Positions 11,353 through 22,089 of a DNA stretch of 64,000 bases are shown one piece after another. The DNA comes from Selaginella moellendorffii. Its lineage: Eukaryota > Plantae > Lycopodiophyta. The translations under genes and the position numbers were made by a program. The notes under the pieces were generated by a model. The model was not told the DNA's origin. It saw nothing but the letters and a program-made list of their open reading frames with translations, and searched no databases. The stretch's first letter is position 1, and the number at the start of each line of letters is the position of its first letter. The DNA is taken from NCBI RefSeq assembly GCF_000143415.4, contig NW_003314262.1, forward strand, positions 819,431 through 883,430, given 5' to 3'.

Positions 11353-13808
11353 GAATGATGGTCTAGCACAAGAAGTGTTGCTAAGGAATCTACATACCAA
11401 GGTACCGACATAAGCGTAGCATAATGGACCACCATCGAGAATCCAGTCAAAGCTACTACGATGCTACTATATGTAAGTAGACTAGCTTCACTATCAACTA
11501 CTTTGGGGTTGATCATCATTTGACCAAGCAACTTCGTAAACACATTGCTTACTATCACATAGATATAATATAAGTATCACAATGACTTGATCATCAATTG
11601 AGCAACACCACGAGTAATGCCCATGTCACTACTACAAAAGTTTATGTGACTATCAAGTGCTAACTCAATTGGACAAAATGCAACATAAATGCCACACTCT
11701 ACCGATAGAGACTTACAACACCCAACACCACTAACTTTTGTTCACAACATGGACAAGCTCATGCCACTCTCTTTCCGACCAAACTCAAAACTAATCCAAT
11801 ACCAAGCTACTCAAGGAGCAATAGCAAGATTCCCTAAAAAAAAATTGAGCATTGCAACCTAAGTCTTCCAATAGCAAGCCAAGACAAAATGGTATAGCAC
11901 TTCACCACTATCCATCCCACAACTCACCATTTGTAAGACCATCATTTCCAACATGCATCAAGGTAGGGACTTTTGATTGCATAATGTGAACACGAGCAAT
12001 GAGTTAACACCTCGTTGTAAACCATCTCTCCGAAAGAGAAGATGATTTACGTATTTGATCCTTTGACCCTGACAACTCTCTTTTCGGCCTCATCTTTGAC
12101 TAAACCTCAAGCTTGCTTTCACACTACCTTCAGTCCAATCCAAGAAAAGTTTATGAGAGAGCACAGCAATGACTACCTGAATCAATAGATTAATCCCTAT
12201 AGTCTTGATTGATCCACTCATAATCATGCCTAGGAAGGATCTACTAGTGCCGTGCTAAACAGCTATGGGCTAGCCTATTGGCCACTCATAGCAAACCCAG
12301 GGAAAGTTTACTTAAACCCATGGTACATGGAACAACTCATGGAACCACTGATAGGCTAACATTAATCTTGCCAACTCAAAGCATAACCTTGAGTTGCTAA
12401 TGCACCTCACTCACGAGCCCAAGCGCAAACTCGTGCTACTGAAACAACTCAATCCTTCTTATGAGCCCAAGAGCAAGCTCACATTATCACGATACAAAAA
12501 GGTAACAAAAACCATACCCAAGGAACAACTGCGAAGTCTTTGCACCCAAACGTGTACCCACTCGGATCATCGTTTTCATCTCTACGTATGCAACGAGACT
12601 AGTTGCCCAATCTCATTGGATAGTACTTGCTGAGACTCATCCTCTGATACCAAATGTAGCGCACGTGGCTTTTACCCTTTATCCTATGGTGATTTACCAT
12701 AGGATAACATCATGAAGCAGAACTTAAACCCTCTTTGTGCCACGTGACAGATGCCATGTGTCACATGCCACGTGTCCAAAGGAATGTAGTGTGGAACCCA
12801 AGGTTCAGGGCCTTGGGCCACTGAACAAAGGAACGGTGCCAAACTCTCAAGCTTGGAGCCGAGTGATAGAACCGAACCACAGAGCAACTCCGGAGCATAC
12901 AGCCCAAGGAGCGAAGGGACAGGAGCCTAGAGCGACTTGGAACAGTCCTGGAGCAACTAGCATCCTAATGCCAGGACCAGCATGCAAAACGGAGCCAAAC
13001 GAAGTTTGGCGCTATTTCGGCATACTGGTGGCCTAACGCGAGGACATGGGTACTCCACCAGCTAGCATGGAATGGAACTTGGGCTTAGACCCAAGCCGGA
13101 CGCAAAACAAGGACAGGCACACAAGCGGGAGCTAGACTATGCCTCAGGTTGGTCAGCCATACCCAACCTACCCACTATCCCTACTATACATTTGGAACCC
13201 CCCATACCCCCCCCCCCCCCCCCCCTTGAGGAACATACGCTTTGGGCTTTCACCCCAAGCCTCCCTTAGTATCAAGAGTTAGTCTCTGGGACAAGCTTGA
13301 AACTTACTAAATATGGAATGGCGCTAGAATGCGAATTTGGACACGGGACGAACACCATTGTGTTTAGGCCAATCTCTACATTCCGTAGATATACTAAATA
13401 AGCAAATCTAGACACTTTCCATAATTAACATTTGGGACTGAAATGAAACTAACACTAAAGGCATGATAGCGAGGGTGTTTGGCAGACACGGTAAGCTATC
13501 ATCCAGCGATATTGTGGGACTAATCTCAATACACGAGGGTTCTTGTCAAGCCAGTGCAAGATAGAGCAAAAGAGAACTAAGAGCCAGGCCGAGTATGCTC
13601 AGCTAGAAACACATAAGAGTTCCTACCTTATGTCCATCTGGCTAAGTACAGGTGCTAAGCCTAGTTTACTAACACTTGAACAAGAGGGGCTAATAAAAGG
13701 AACCAGCAATACCGACCTCCTACCATCGTGGCAGTAAGGTAAGAGTGTTCGTAAGGACTGGTCGACAGGTAACTTTTGATACCCAAAGTCACATTCGCGA
13801 CACTTACA
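11353..13808 (-). mobile_element. Truncated LTR retrotransposon, family B: 5' LTR 12655-13808, PBS at about 12642-12652, degenerate internal region
   Basis: tgtagc...cttaca ends; ctctgatacca (reverse-complemented PBS) directly before the LTR. The left boundary is approximate. Confidence 0.75.
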
Positions 13809-13967
13809 AACCTGGTAAAGCTGTAGAATACATAGATTGGAATCAAAGCTGTAAGTCTCAGTAGCAACTTATAAAATAAACATGCCAAGATAAAGCAAAA
13901 AAAGAAATAGATTGAATAATTATAATTACAACTACATTTTGTCAAATTGAAAATATTCTCTACTACT

Positions 13968-13993
13968 CCTAGCGGAGCTGGGATCCCTATTAG
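13968..13993 (+). mobile_element. Helitron 3' terminus (hairpin plus degenerate CTAG)
   Basis: cctagcggagctggg-atccctaTTAG|t; the same motif occurs at about 28043, 29310 and 42010. Confidence 0.75.
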
Positions 13994-14281
13994 TACTCAT
14001 ATCCTTAAACATTAAGAGCTGGTATAATAATGGTATATGCTAGAGATGGTTATTCTAGGCATATTCTAAAATCTAACGGCTGAGATTAAGTCCTGACTTT
14101 TGGGATCATAAAAAATTTAAAATGTCTTTTAGGGCGCATGACCACAAGGAGAGAGCATTGGTCATTGCTAGCAAGAAGGTACTGTGTGCCTATGTTCTGG
14201 TGGAAACAAAATGAAAAGGAGCAAAAGCTGAGAGTAAATGACTAGAGCTCAAAATGTGCCTTGCTGATGGTTTTGTTTTAG

Positions 14282-15002
14282 GATGAATTTAAGTCTCGCC
14301 TAAAAGGTAGAGGTGAAGCATCTAGCCATGGTGCTGAAAAGGGCTGAGGAGCAGGCTCAAATTACCGAATCGCTTCAGGGAACTGTAAGTTTCTTTTTTG
14401 TCTCGAGAGGTCTATACATATTTGTATCCAGGTTATAAAAGACTCTATGAAGAAGAGTGAGGAATTCGTTCTACATTCGTAGTAGCACCTGGACCACATT
14501 CTTTATGTTCATTTTCTTTTCTGTACTTACATTTCTTGTTCCTTATTTTTAGATGGTGGTGGACGAGATGTAAGGCATGTAATTTGATGTTTTCTTTCAA
14601 ATGGTTTGTTAATTTATGAGCTCTCCTTCTCTTCTAAGATAAATGTCATAGGCAGCTCAATGTTGCTCTGGAGCAGATGAAAACAGTTGAAGGTGACTAT
14701 TGTCATTCTCATTTTTTTTTCCACAGGCATAGTCTTACTTCAGCTCGTGTTGAATGCGCTCGAGATGAGGCAGATGCAACATTTGCAAAGGAAAAGCTGG
14801 GATTGATGACACAAGAGTCTGAAAGTCAGTGATATTTGTGAATTGCTGTCATAGAAATTGCAAATTACAGCGATTACAAAGGAGCTCAATACTCAAGAGA
14901 AACGTGGAGCTTTCTCCTGTAACTGATTGCCAACATAGGCTCAGAGAAAGCACTCAAAACGTCCAAAGAACCGAAGATGAAACAAGAAGACTCTCCATAG
15001 AG
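14282..15002 (+). pseudogene. NUA: Multi-exon internal fragment of NUCLEAR PORE ANCHOR (TPR/Mlp homologue)
   Basis: ADATFAKEKLGLMTQESE...KRNVELSPVTDCQHRLRESTQNVQRTEDETRRLSIEV resembles the plant NUA coiled coil as I recall it. Short GT-AG introns; no gene start or end seen. Confidence 0.65.
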
Positions 15003-15405
15003 GTAATAGAAACTCAACCGGACACTCAACCTGCTCAAGTGAAGACACTTCTACACAAATTACAGATTGGATGCCCTGTGTAGGCCCTCATGACCTTTAT
15101 AAATAGCCTATAATGTAATGTAATGCTTGGATGGTGGGCTTTGTCGTTGAGTATGTGAAATCTAGGTCGCCATGCAAGCATTGCAAGCTCAAACTTGCCA
15201 AGGGTGATCGGCATTGTGAGCAAGGGCGGTGGAATTGACATTGCCAAATGGTAAAGATTTTCCATTCTTTTCTAGCAATTTCTTTCTTTTCTTCTTCTTG
15301 CGGAAGACATCACTTTAAATGCGTTTTGGAGATCCAAGCTCCTGTCGTGGGCGTTCTCATGGCCAAAGGCTTCACTGCATTGAAAGTACTTTTTTTTTTT
15401 TTGCA

Positions 15406-15920
15406 GAATGCAATGCGATAAGAGAGCTTTCTGATTTGTACAAACTATTATGAAGGATATGCTACAGGGAGAAGTGAGCTGTAAAAAGATTTGTCTCTGA
15501 GGGGAAAGCTGTCGTGCCGAGGGAAACTCGTGAAGTTGTCCAGCTTTGAGCCATCTCAGTTCCCTACATGCTACAAGGTTTGCGTTTTGGATTCTTTTGA
15601 TTGTATTCATCTTTCAAGACGCATAGGATGTATCTTTGCCCGTTGGGAGTCATTTTACTCGTGAACAATGTAAGCTTTCTCTTACGATAATGCACAGGAT
15701 CATGGTACTTTTACTCGATTTGCAGCTAGATAATAGTGGAACGTTGTCAGACTGGGTTGCAGCTTTCGACTTTGACAGCTGCCTTGTGAACACTGACGTG
15801 AAAACGTGATACACTGCTAAAATCCTTCTTAATCGACTCTCTTTTGCAGAGTGGGTGCTAATACATGGTCCCTACTTTACACTTCTACAACGCAAAAGCT
15901 ACAGGCCTGTCACGAGGAGT
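15406..15920 (+). pseudogene. ZDP: Fragment of polynucleotide 3'-phosphatase ZDP/PNKP
   Basis: VAAFDFDSCLVNTDVK / RVGANTWSLLY...QKLQ, with a HAD DxD motif, resembles plant ZDP. Upstream exons contain stops. Confidence 0.65.
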
Positions 15921-17293
15921 GAAGTGCTTGCTCGTTGCTTTCACTTGTCAAACTGTTCTTTTTCTTGTTGGTGTCCACAAACGAGTCCAACATCGATAGG
16001 TGGTCATGTCCCAACTTGAGAGTGTGAGGCGGGGCAGCTTGAGGCTTGCAACATCTCTTGCAAGCCTTAAAGAATGCTGGGGCAACTGGAGCTTGGGTAA
16101 AGAAATCTTACCATCACCAATGCTTTCTCTTCCAGATTCCACTGTGGAATTATTGTGATTCGCTACTGGTTTGATGGTGACGGTTTTACAAATTCCTAGA
16201 GTTTGGATAGGAAAGTAAGTTGGCTTATTTCAATGGTATTCCATGATCTTTTGATGCTTTTCAGGAATCTTATGAAACAACTCAAAATTCAAATAAAAAA
16301 TTCATATCTGTTGGGACTTGCTTCAATTTAATCATTCTTTTGCCAAAGATTTGCCAAAACAGCTAAAAACATGCTTCATGTCATTTACCAATACCAAAGT
16401 CACTGTAAATCTTGCAAGCTCCAAGCAAAGCTCCAGACCTGGCACAAAAGTCATAACTGGCAAACATTAAACTATAGTGCTCCTTGGCTAGATTGATGCT
16501 TGATTTTTATGCTGCATAAACCTCATGAGCTTGCAAAATCACATATCTTTCTATGCAAGTAATTTCATTCCATTCATTTCCAATCAACTAAATTGATATA
16601 TTTGGCTATATAACAATGTGTTATTATTATACTGGCCCTTTCGTTTAAATATATGAGTATGATGATGATGACTAGCAGGGAACACAGCTCCACTGGGATA
16701 GTTAGATGCTAATTCTAAAAAGAGAACAATTTATTAAAACTTGCTTAAGTTCAATATGTAGCAAGCACTTGGTTTATTTAGTTTTTACTTCCTTAGTGAT
16801 TGCAACCAAACACTATTTCTTAAATGGTTTACTTGGAATAGAATAATACAAGCTTGGACTCAAAGCTTAAAAAGAATTATTCAACATATGAAGAGGTGGC
16901 TTAATCATATTCCTCAATTTGGTATATTATTTGGGCATTCAAGAGGTAAGAGCAGTTAATGGGATGGCATGGTAATGGGATTTTTGGTATAGAATGGCTA
17001 GTTTTGCATCTGTAAGTAATGTGTGTTGAAGTATAAATGACTGTATTTACTGGTGGACTATGTGTTTGTTCATTATAACATGCTAAATTCTGATATAGTT
17101 GTGCATTTATCATTTATTGTCCACTTGAGAATCATGTATTGTTGTTCTTTCCCTTTTTTAGTTTTTGTATCCTAACATTCCTTTCTTGCTAGTGATAACT
17201 ATCAAATAGAGCTGATGTTGCTAGGAGGTGTGTTTTATTTTATTTGTTTTTGCAAGTTCCATGTAACTACAAAACAAAAGACAGATAAATATA

Positions 17294-19039
17294 TCAACAA
17301 CATGTCATGTCTTGGTATTTTTCAAGCTTGCTCCAAATTTTGAAATTATAAATCTTTGAGCGGATACCATCGATATGCAGTGAAAGTGCAAGGTAGTTCT
17401 CATATCGCATTGTAGCTAGTTCCTTTGCTGGCATTCCCACTATTTCCTGTGCAACCTCTTGAAATGCAATGGCCCACACATGACTGCTACTATCCTTGAT
17501 GCACATTTTTAGAGCATACTTGAACTCCATATTTGCAAACTCAATATTGCAATAACTGCAAAACCAGCCATTTGCTGTTTGGGTAGTTTTTCTGCCACAT
17601 TGCTGTGCATTCACGACATTAATGCATGCATTATAGTAAAACTCATCTGTCTTCATTTCCTTCATAGTAGCTATCACTCTATAGATAGGGAAACTCTCTA
17701 ACACCTTTAACTGCATGCTTGATATCTCTGATAAAGTAGTGGTGCAGCTAACGCTCAAATGTATGAAATTAGTGATATTGTAGTACAATGTCATCCATTC
17801 TCTCAAATCAGCCACTGCTTCCATTTCCGGTTCAATAAGAATGGTGCTCACACCAATTGCTAAAAGTGATTTACCATTGTAGTCTGATACCTTTCCACCC
17901 TTGACACATATTATTGGCTGAACTCCACTCTCTATCCGCTTCTGTATATATGAGACCTCTTCTTCTACTTTTAAATCTCAGAGACATAGATCAACACTGT
18001 GGCCTGAATCATACCTAAGTTCCACTGTCATGAGATGTTACTGTAATTGTACCGATCCATATTATGATACCAACCACATCGACAAAAGAGTCCATTTCCT
18101 TCTGACACACATCTAATATGCTTGTTTTTGCCAAGATGATTCTTGGGAACGTTGCATCCTCATCCAAAGCTGTAAACTCCATACCTTTGTTAGCCTGAAT
18201 CTCCCATGTTGCTTCAAATGGTGTGTATGCCTGATTGGAACGTTGTATTCCACCACTACCAGAAAATAAATACACTGTACCCTGTACAATCTTATCTGAC
18301 AAAACCAAGGCACAATCGTCAGAACCAATAATTCTAATCTCTGTTCCCTGGACATCGACAACGTCGAATGACATTATGCATCCAGATCTTTTCGTGTTGA
18401 AATGTATCAACTTGTTCTTGTGTGTGACTCTTGCACGGAAGGACCACCTGTAAGAACGGTCACTGATTTCTTTGATAAACACCTCTTTTATGACGGCCTT
18501 TTTTGAGCTCTCTCCCTGTATCAAAGGGAACAAATTGAATAACTGGTTTAGACGTGAAATACCTTTTCCATGGACTCCTGGGCTCGTTTTTGTCCCTGGC
18601 AAGTTTAATTGTAGCAGTTTTTTTAGAATTAAAACCAAATAAAGGACTTACCACTTTCATATCTTGAAGGATAGGGTTTGTGTGTGTGCACTTCCATACT
18701 CCACCATCCAGGAAGCATGCATTCAAAACAATCAATGACCTACAGAATATTTTGGTGTTTAAAATGCTCTATCAAAAGGAAATACACTTACTGTTTCCCA
18801 TTTGTCTCAAGGAACGCGTAGTCCAGGAATTTTACAAACGAATTTGGACGGGCACCACATGAATCTATTAAACTTGAAACTCGGTGTGATGCAATTGCCT
18901 CGAGTATTTCTCTGTCATCCGTGACAGAGAACTTCTTGGCCAGAGCACCAGGCTTTGAATCTATATTCGTCACACAGAACACGAGTTCCTCTTTCGAATT
19001 TTCTTTGACCTTTCTGATCCCATCATCTGTGCACTTCAT
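17294..19039 (-). pseudogene. RPA1: RPA70/RPA1-like ssDNA-binding protein (Helitron-type), disrupted
   Basis: OB folds (WSFRARVTHK, FDVVDVQGTEIR, FVDVVGII, KVSDYNGKSL) and a C4 zinc ribbon (YNAC...C...WFCSYC). Stops and a frameshift near 17975-18015. Confidence 0.85.
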
Positions 19040-19101
19040 GATCTGTGCACTTCACGATCATGAAGTGCAAAGATGATGGGATCAGAAAGGTCAAAGAAAA
19101 T
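18998..19101. repeat. Inverted repeat with 46-bp arms over the RPA-like start codon
   Basis: Arms 18998-19043 and 19056-19101 have one mismatch; 12-nt loop. Confidence 0.95.
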
Positions 19102-21086
19102 CGAAGGTTTGCAAAATTTTGCAAAGGTCATGCAAAAGGCGAAAACCTTTCTGATCCCCCACGATAGGGTTTCTCGGTGCTATCTGATATAATGTTCACA
19201 TTTATCAAACCGTTGGCAACGTTGTTATCACTGCCTTGATGCATATGCATTGGTTGAAATAATAAAATTTATTCTTGTATTAGTGGGGAAAAAAGATTAC
19301 GACTTTATCTTTCTCCTCCCTCTCCAGAAGAGTTAGTGACAAAAGTAGTTTATCTTCTCAAGAAACTTAAGTTCTTGTTCATTTTTTTTTAATCCGACCG
19401 GCCAAAAGCCATTTTCACGATCTACTGATCTTCATGTTTAATAACAAGTGTGGTAATACACGGCTCCTCTTTCCCTCCAGCAAGTGCTCTAGAAAACTTA
19501 AAGGAATCGTGGCCTTGTCGATTCATCCCAAGCCACCTGCAGAAGCAAAGACATAAACGTTCTGTGAAGGTTTTGTAAACTTCTCAAAGTGGTTCGCCCA
19601 TAATGGATCCCAGGCGCAGCACGTCACATCCAAGAAGGTAGTCATAACATGCAAGGAATCTTTGCTTTACTATTTTGATTCTGCCGACGGCAAAAGGATG
19701 AATCGCTGATGATGGAGTTCCATGACTTGCAAATCACAGAGAACCGACACAGTATGGTCCATGTCTAGTCACAGGCGTTTTTCTAGGTCTTTCCCTTTGT
19801 TACCAAGGTTATAAGGACCAAAGAGGATTACAATGCCCACGGAAACGGATTGTGTCCAGATAAGCACAAAACTGTGTCTGATGCATCTTCCAACACTCGA
19901 ATTCCAGCTACACTTGCCGGTTACAAACGCAATTACTGAACACCATTTTGATCCATAGCAAAACAGTTTGATCTTCGTTTATTTGTAGTGTAGAAACTTG
20001 ATGCATTCTTAAGCTTTTATAGGGCAAATGAAGGCTTAAGTCTGTCAGAGTGTGCGAAGGGAAAACTATCAAGCCAACTCCCAGAAAAAACACTTTCCGT
20101 TTCTTCTTTTTTTTTCATCTGATTTTTCATCTGAAAATCAAACAAATCCAACCAGCTGCTTAATGCATGCGATCCAATAAGCCAGACAGTAGGGCATGCA
20201 TGTGAGATGGCCTGCGTAATCTCCATTTCCCAGTGCCTGTTGCACAGTTAAGGAAACCTTTTCAAAAATCTAAAGGCTGGAGATAACAGGTGTTAGAACC
20301 CAGCGACAAGTAAATGATCCACACCTGTTTCCAATGTAACTCTTGAACCACCCTCGACCTACCCCAGCCGATAAGCTGGAAGAGACAAACAGTACGTGAA
20401 AATTCAGTTGGGCGTCGTAAAGCAAGTCTACTCCACTACCCTGGTACCCTGTGTCAAATGCTTGACCTGTAGCAGCACCAGACATAAACAATCATGCAAA
20501 ATTGCTGTTGCTAACTGTATGGCTTGTTGTGGACGGAAGTCCTTGTACTGCTGCACCTCTTCCGCTCTCATCCATGTACACTGCTTGAACTGTGTTAGTT
20601 ATCTCGCATTTTCTTCCATCGCTCTTCCTCCTTGTTTCCTCATGGTTTCTAGTGTATGACTGCGATAATGGTCTTGTGCTGGATGATTTTTTTGCACAAA
20701 GAATGCTTGTTTCTGTGTCTTGTATGCTAGAAGTTGATGTTGTGTAATCCAGATACACAAAAGTCAAGTGTAAGCCTTTGTTTATGCAGGTTCCAATTGA
20801 TTGTAATTCAGCAAAGCAATATTTCTATCTACCAAGTAGAGAAATGGGAACTATTGCAAAGCATTGTTGAAGAGCTGTAATATTTAAAAATAACGGTGCA
20901 AAAGCCAGTGCTACTTTGTCAAAGCTAAGAAATTTGTTCCCATTCAACAAAATTTGCTGCTTGGTTTTGCCTTTAAACCATTTGTCCATTGAATAGCCCA
21001 CCACTTGATAAGACTTAAATATAGCTCAAAAAATACAAAATCATCTGAGAGGGATTAGAGGAAGATCAATGTAAGCTTTTGAGTTT

Positions 21087-21141
21087 GGACTTCCCAGGAG
21101 GTCACCCAACCTAGTACTATTCAAACCCAAGGACACTTAAC
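21087..21141 (-). other. 5S rRNA-derived segment (internal Pol III promoter region) in the Cassandra LTR; repeated in the other two LTRs
   Basis: Minus strand GTTAAGTGTCCTTGGGTTTGAATAGTACTAGGTTGGGTGACCTCCTGGGAAGTCC closely matches the 3' half of plant 5S rRNA. Confidence 0.9.
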
Positions 21142-21722
21142 CCCAAGTATCCCAAGACCCTTAACCAATTGGAAAAGGGGGTGCACTTTTATTCATGGGC
21201 CCTTTCCCTCTATATTTGAACCCCATGGATTGTCTCTTTAGTCATTTTTTTTAGTTGCTTACAACCCACCACACTTCTTTGCAAGTTCATGCCTTCGTGA
21301 ATGGAAGCTGAGAGCCGAGCTCTCCTAAGAGCCCTACTCTCTTGACACCCTACCCCTCGAGTCGAGCCCAACGGAAGCAAATTGGATCAGCTAGATGTCA
21401 ATCAACATGTGGTGTGATTCCCCTAGCCAACCAACAGAGTCAGACCCGAGACCTCTCTGATACCAAATGTAAGCTTCTGAGTTTGGACTTCTCGGAAGGT
21501 CACCCAGCCCAGTACTATTTAAACCCAAGGACGCTTAACCCCAAGTATCCTAAGACCTTTAACCGATTGGAAAAAGGGGTGCACTCTTTGTTATTTTGGT
21601 CAAGCTTTCGGGGATACTTTAGCCTACGACACCTCGGAGAGTTGGTTCCTTACAACTCTGCCACCCATAGAAGAAGTTCAATGCCCACATCGAACGTCTC
21701 TTTTTATCCTACCACTTGTTGA

Positions 21723-21975
21723 CCATGTCTCCAAGGGCATCACCCCACTTAGCGGTATGCCTAAGTTAGCCTCCCTGGCCAAGAGCCCATGACAACAGAA
21801 TATAGGTGTCCCTATACCCCTCACCCCATCTCGCCTTAGTATGGGATTAGGACTTGAACCCAACCTTGCTTTACTAGGGGTTGGGACTTGAACCCAACCT
21901 CTGTAGAATACGTCTATGGATTCGACATCCCTATGGGGAGTCGGGCGTAGTTCTTTACACCTGGTCAACCTAGCT
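21723..21975 (-). ncRNA. Homologue of the structured RNA module in the 3' UTR of the chromovirus
   Basis: Same stem order as 4076-4314 with different primary sequence; two GGTTCAAGTCC T-loop hairpins. Confidence 0.6.
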
Positions 21976-22089
21976 AACCCATGCTAATTAGCTTACCTTC
22001 GACGCGCCTTCGGGTCCCAACATATGCCATTGCTCAACTTCACAAATTGATACTTTAATTGAACTTTGCATAAGTACATAGAGTTCTGC

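Noticed and set aside
20840-21069. Possible degenerate LINE RT around the Cassandra insertion site (continuing to about 25300)
   Set aside because: The resemblance is weak and there are many stops; it cannot be supported without an HMM search.
21087-21141. Functional 5S rRNA gene
   Set aside because: Only the 3' half is present, and it lies inside LTRs.
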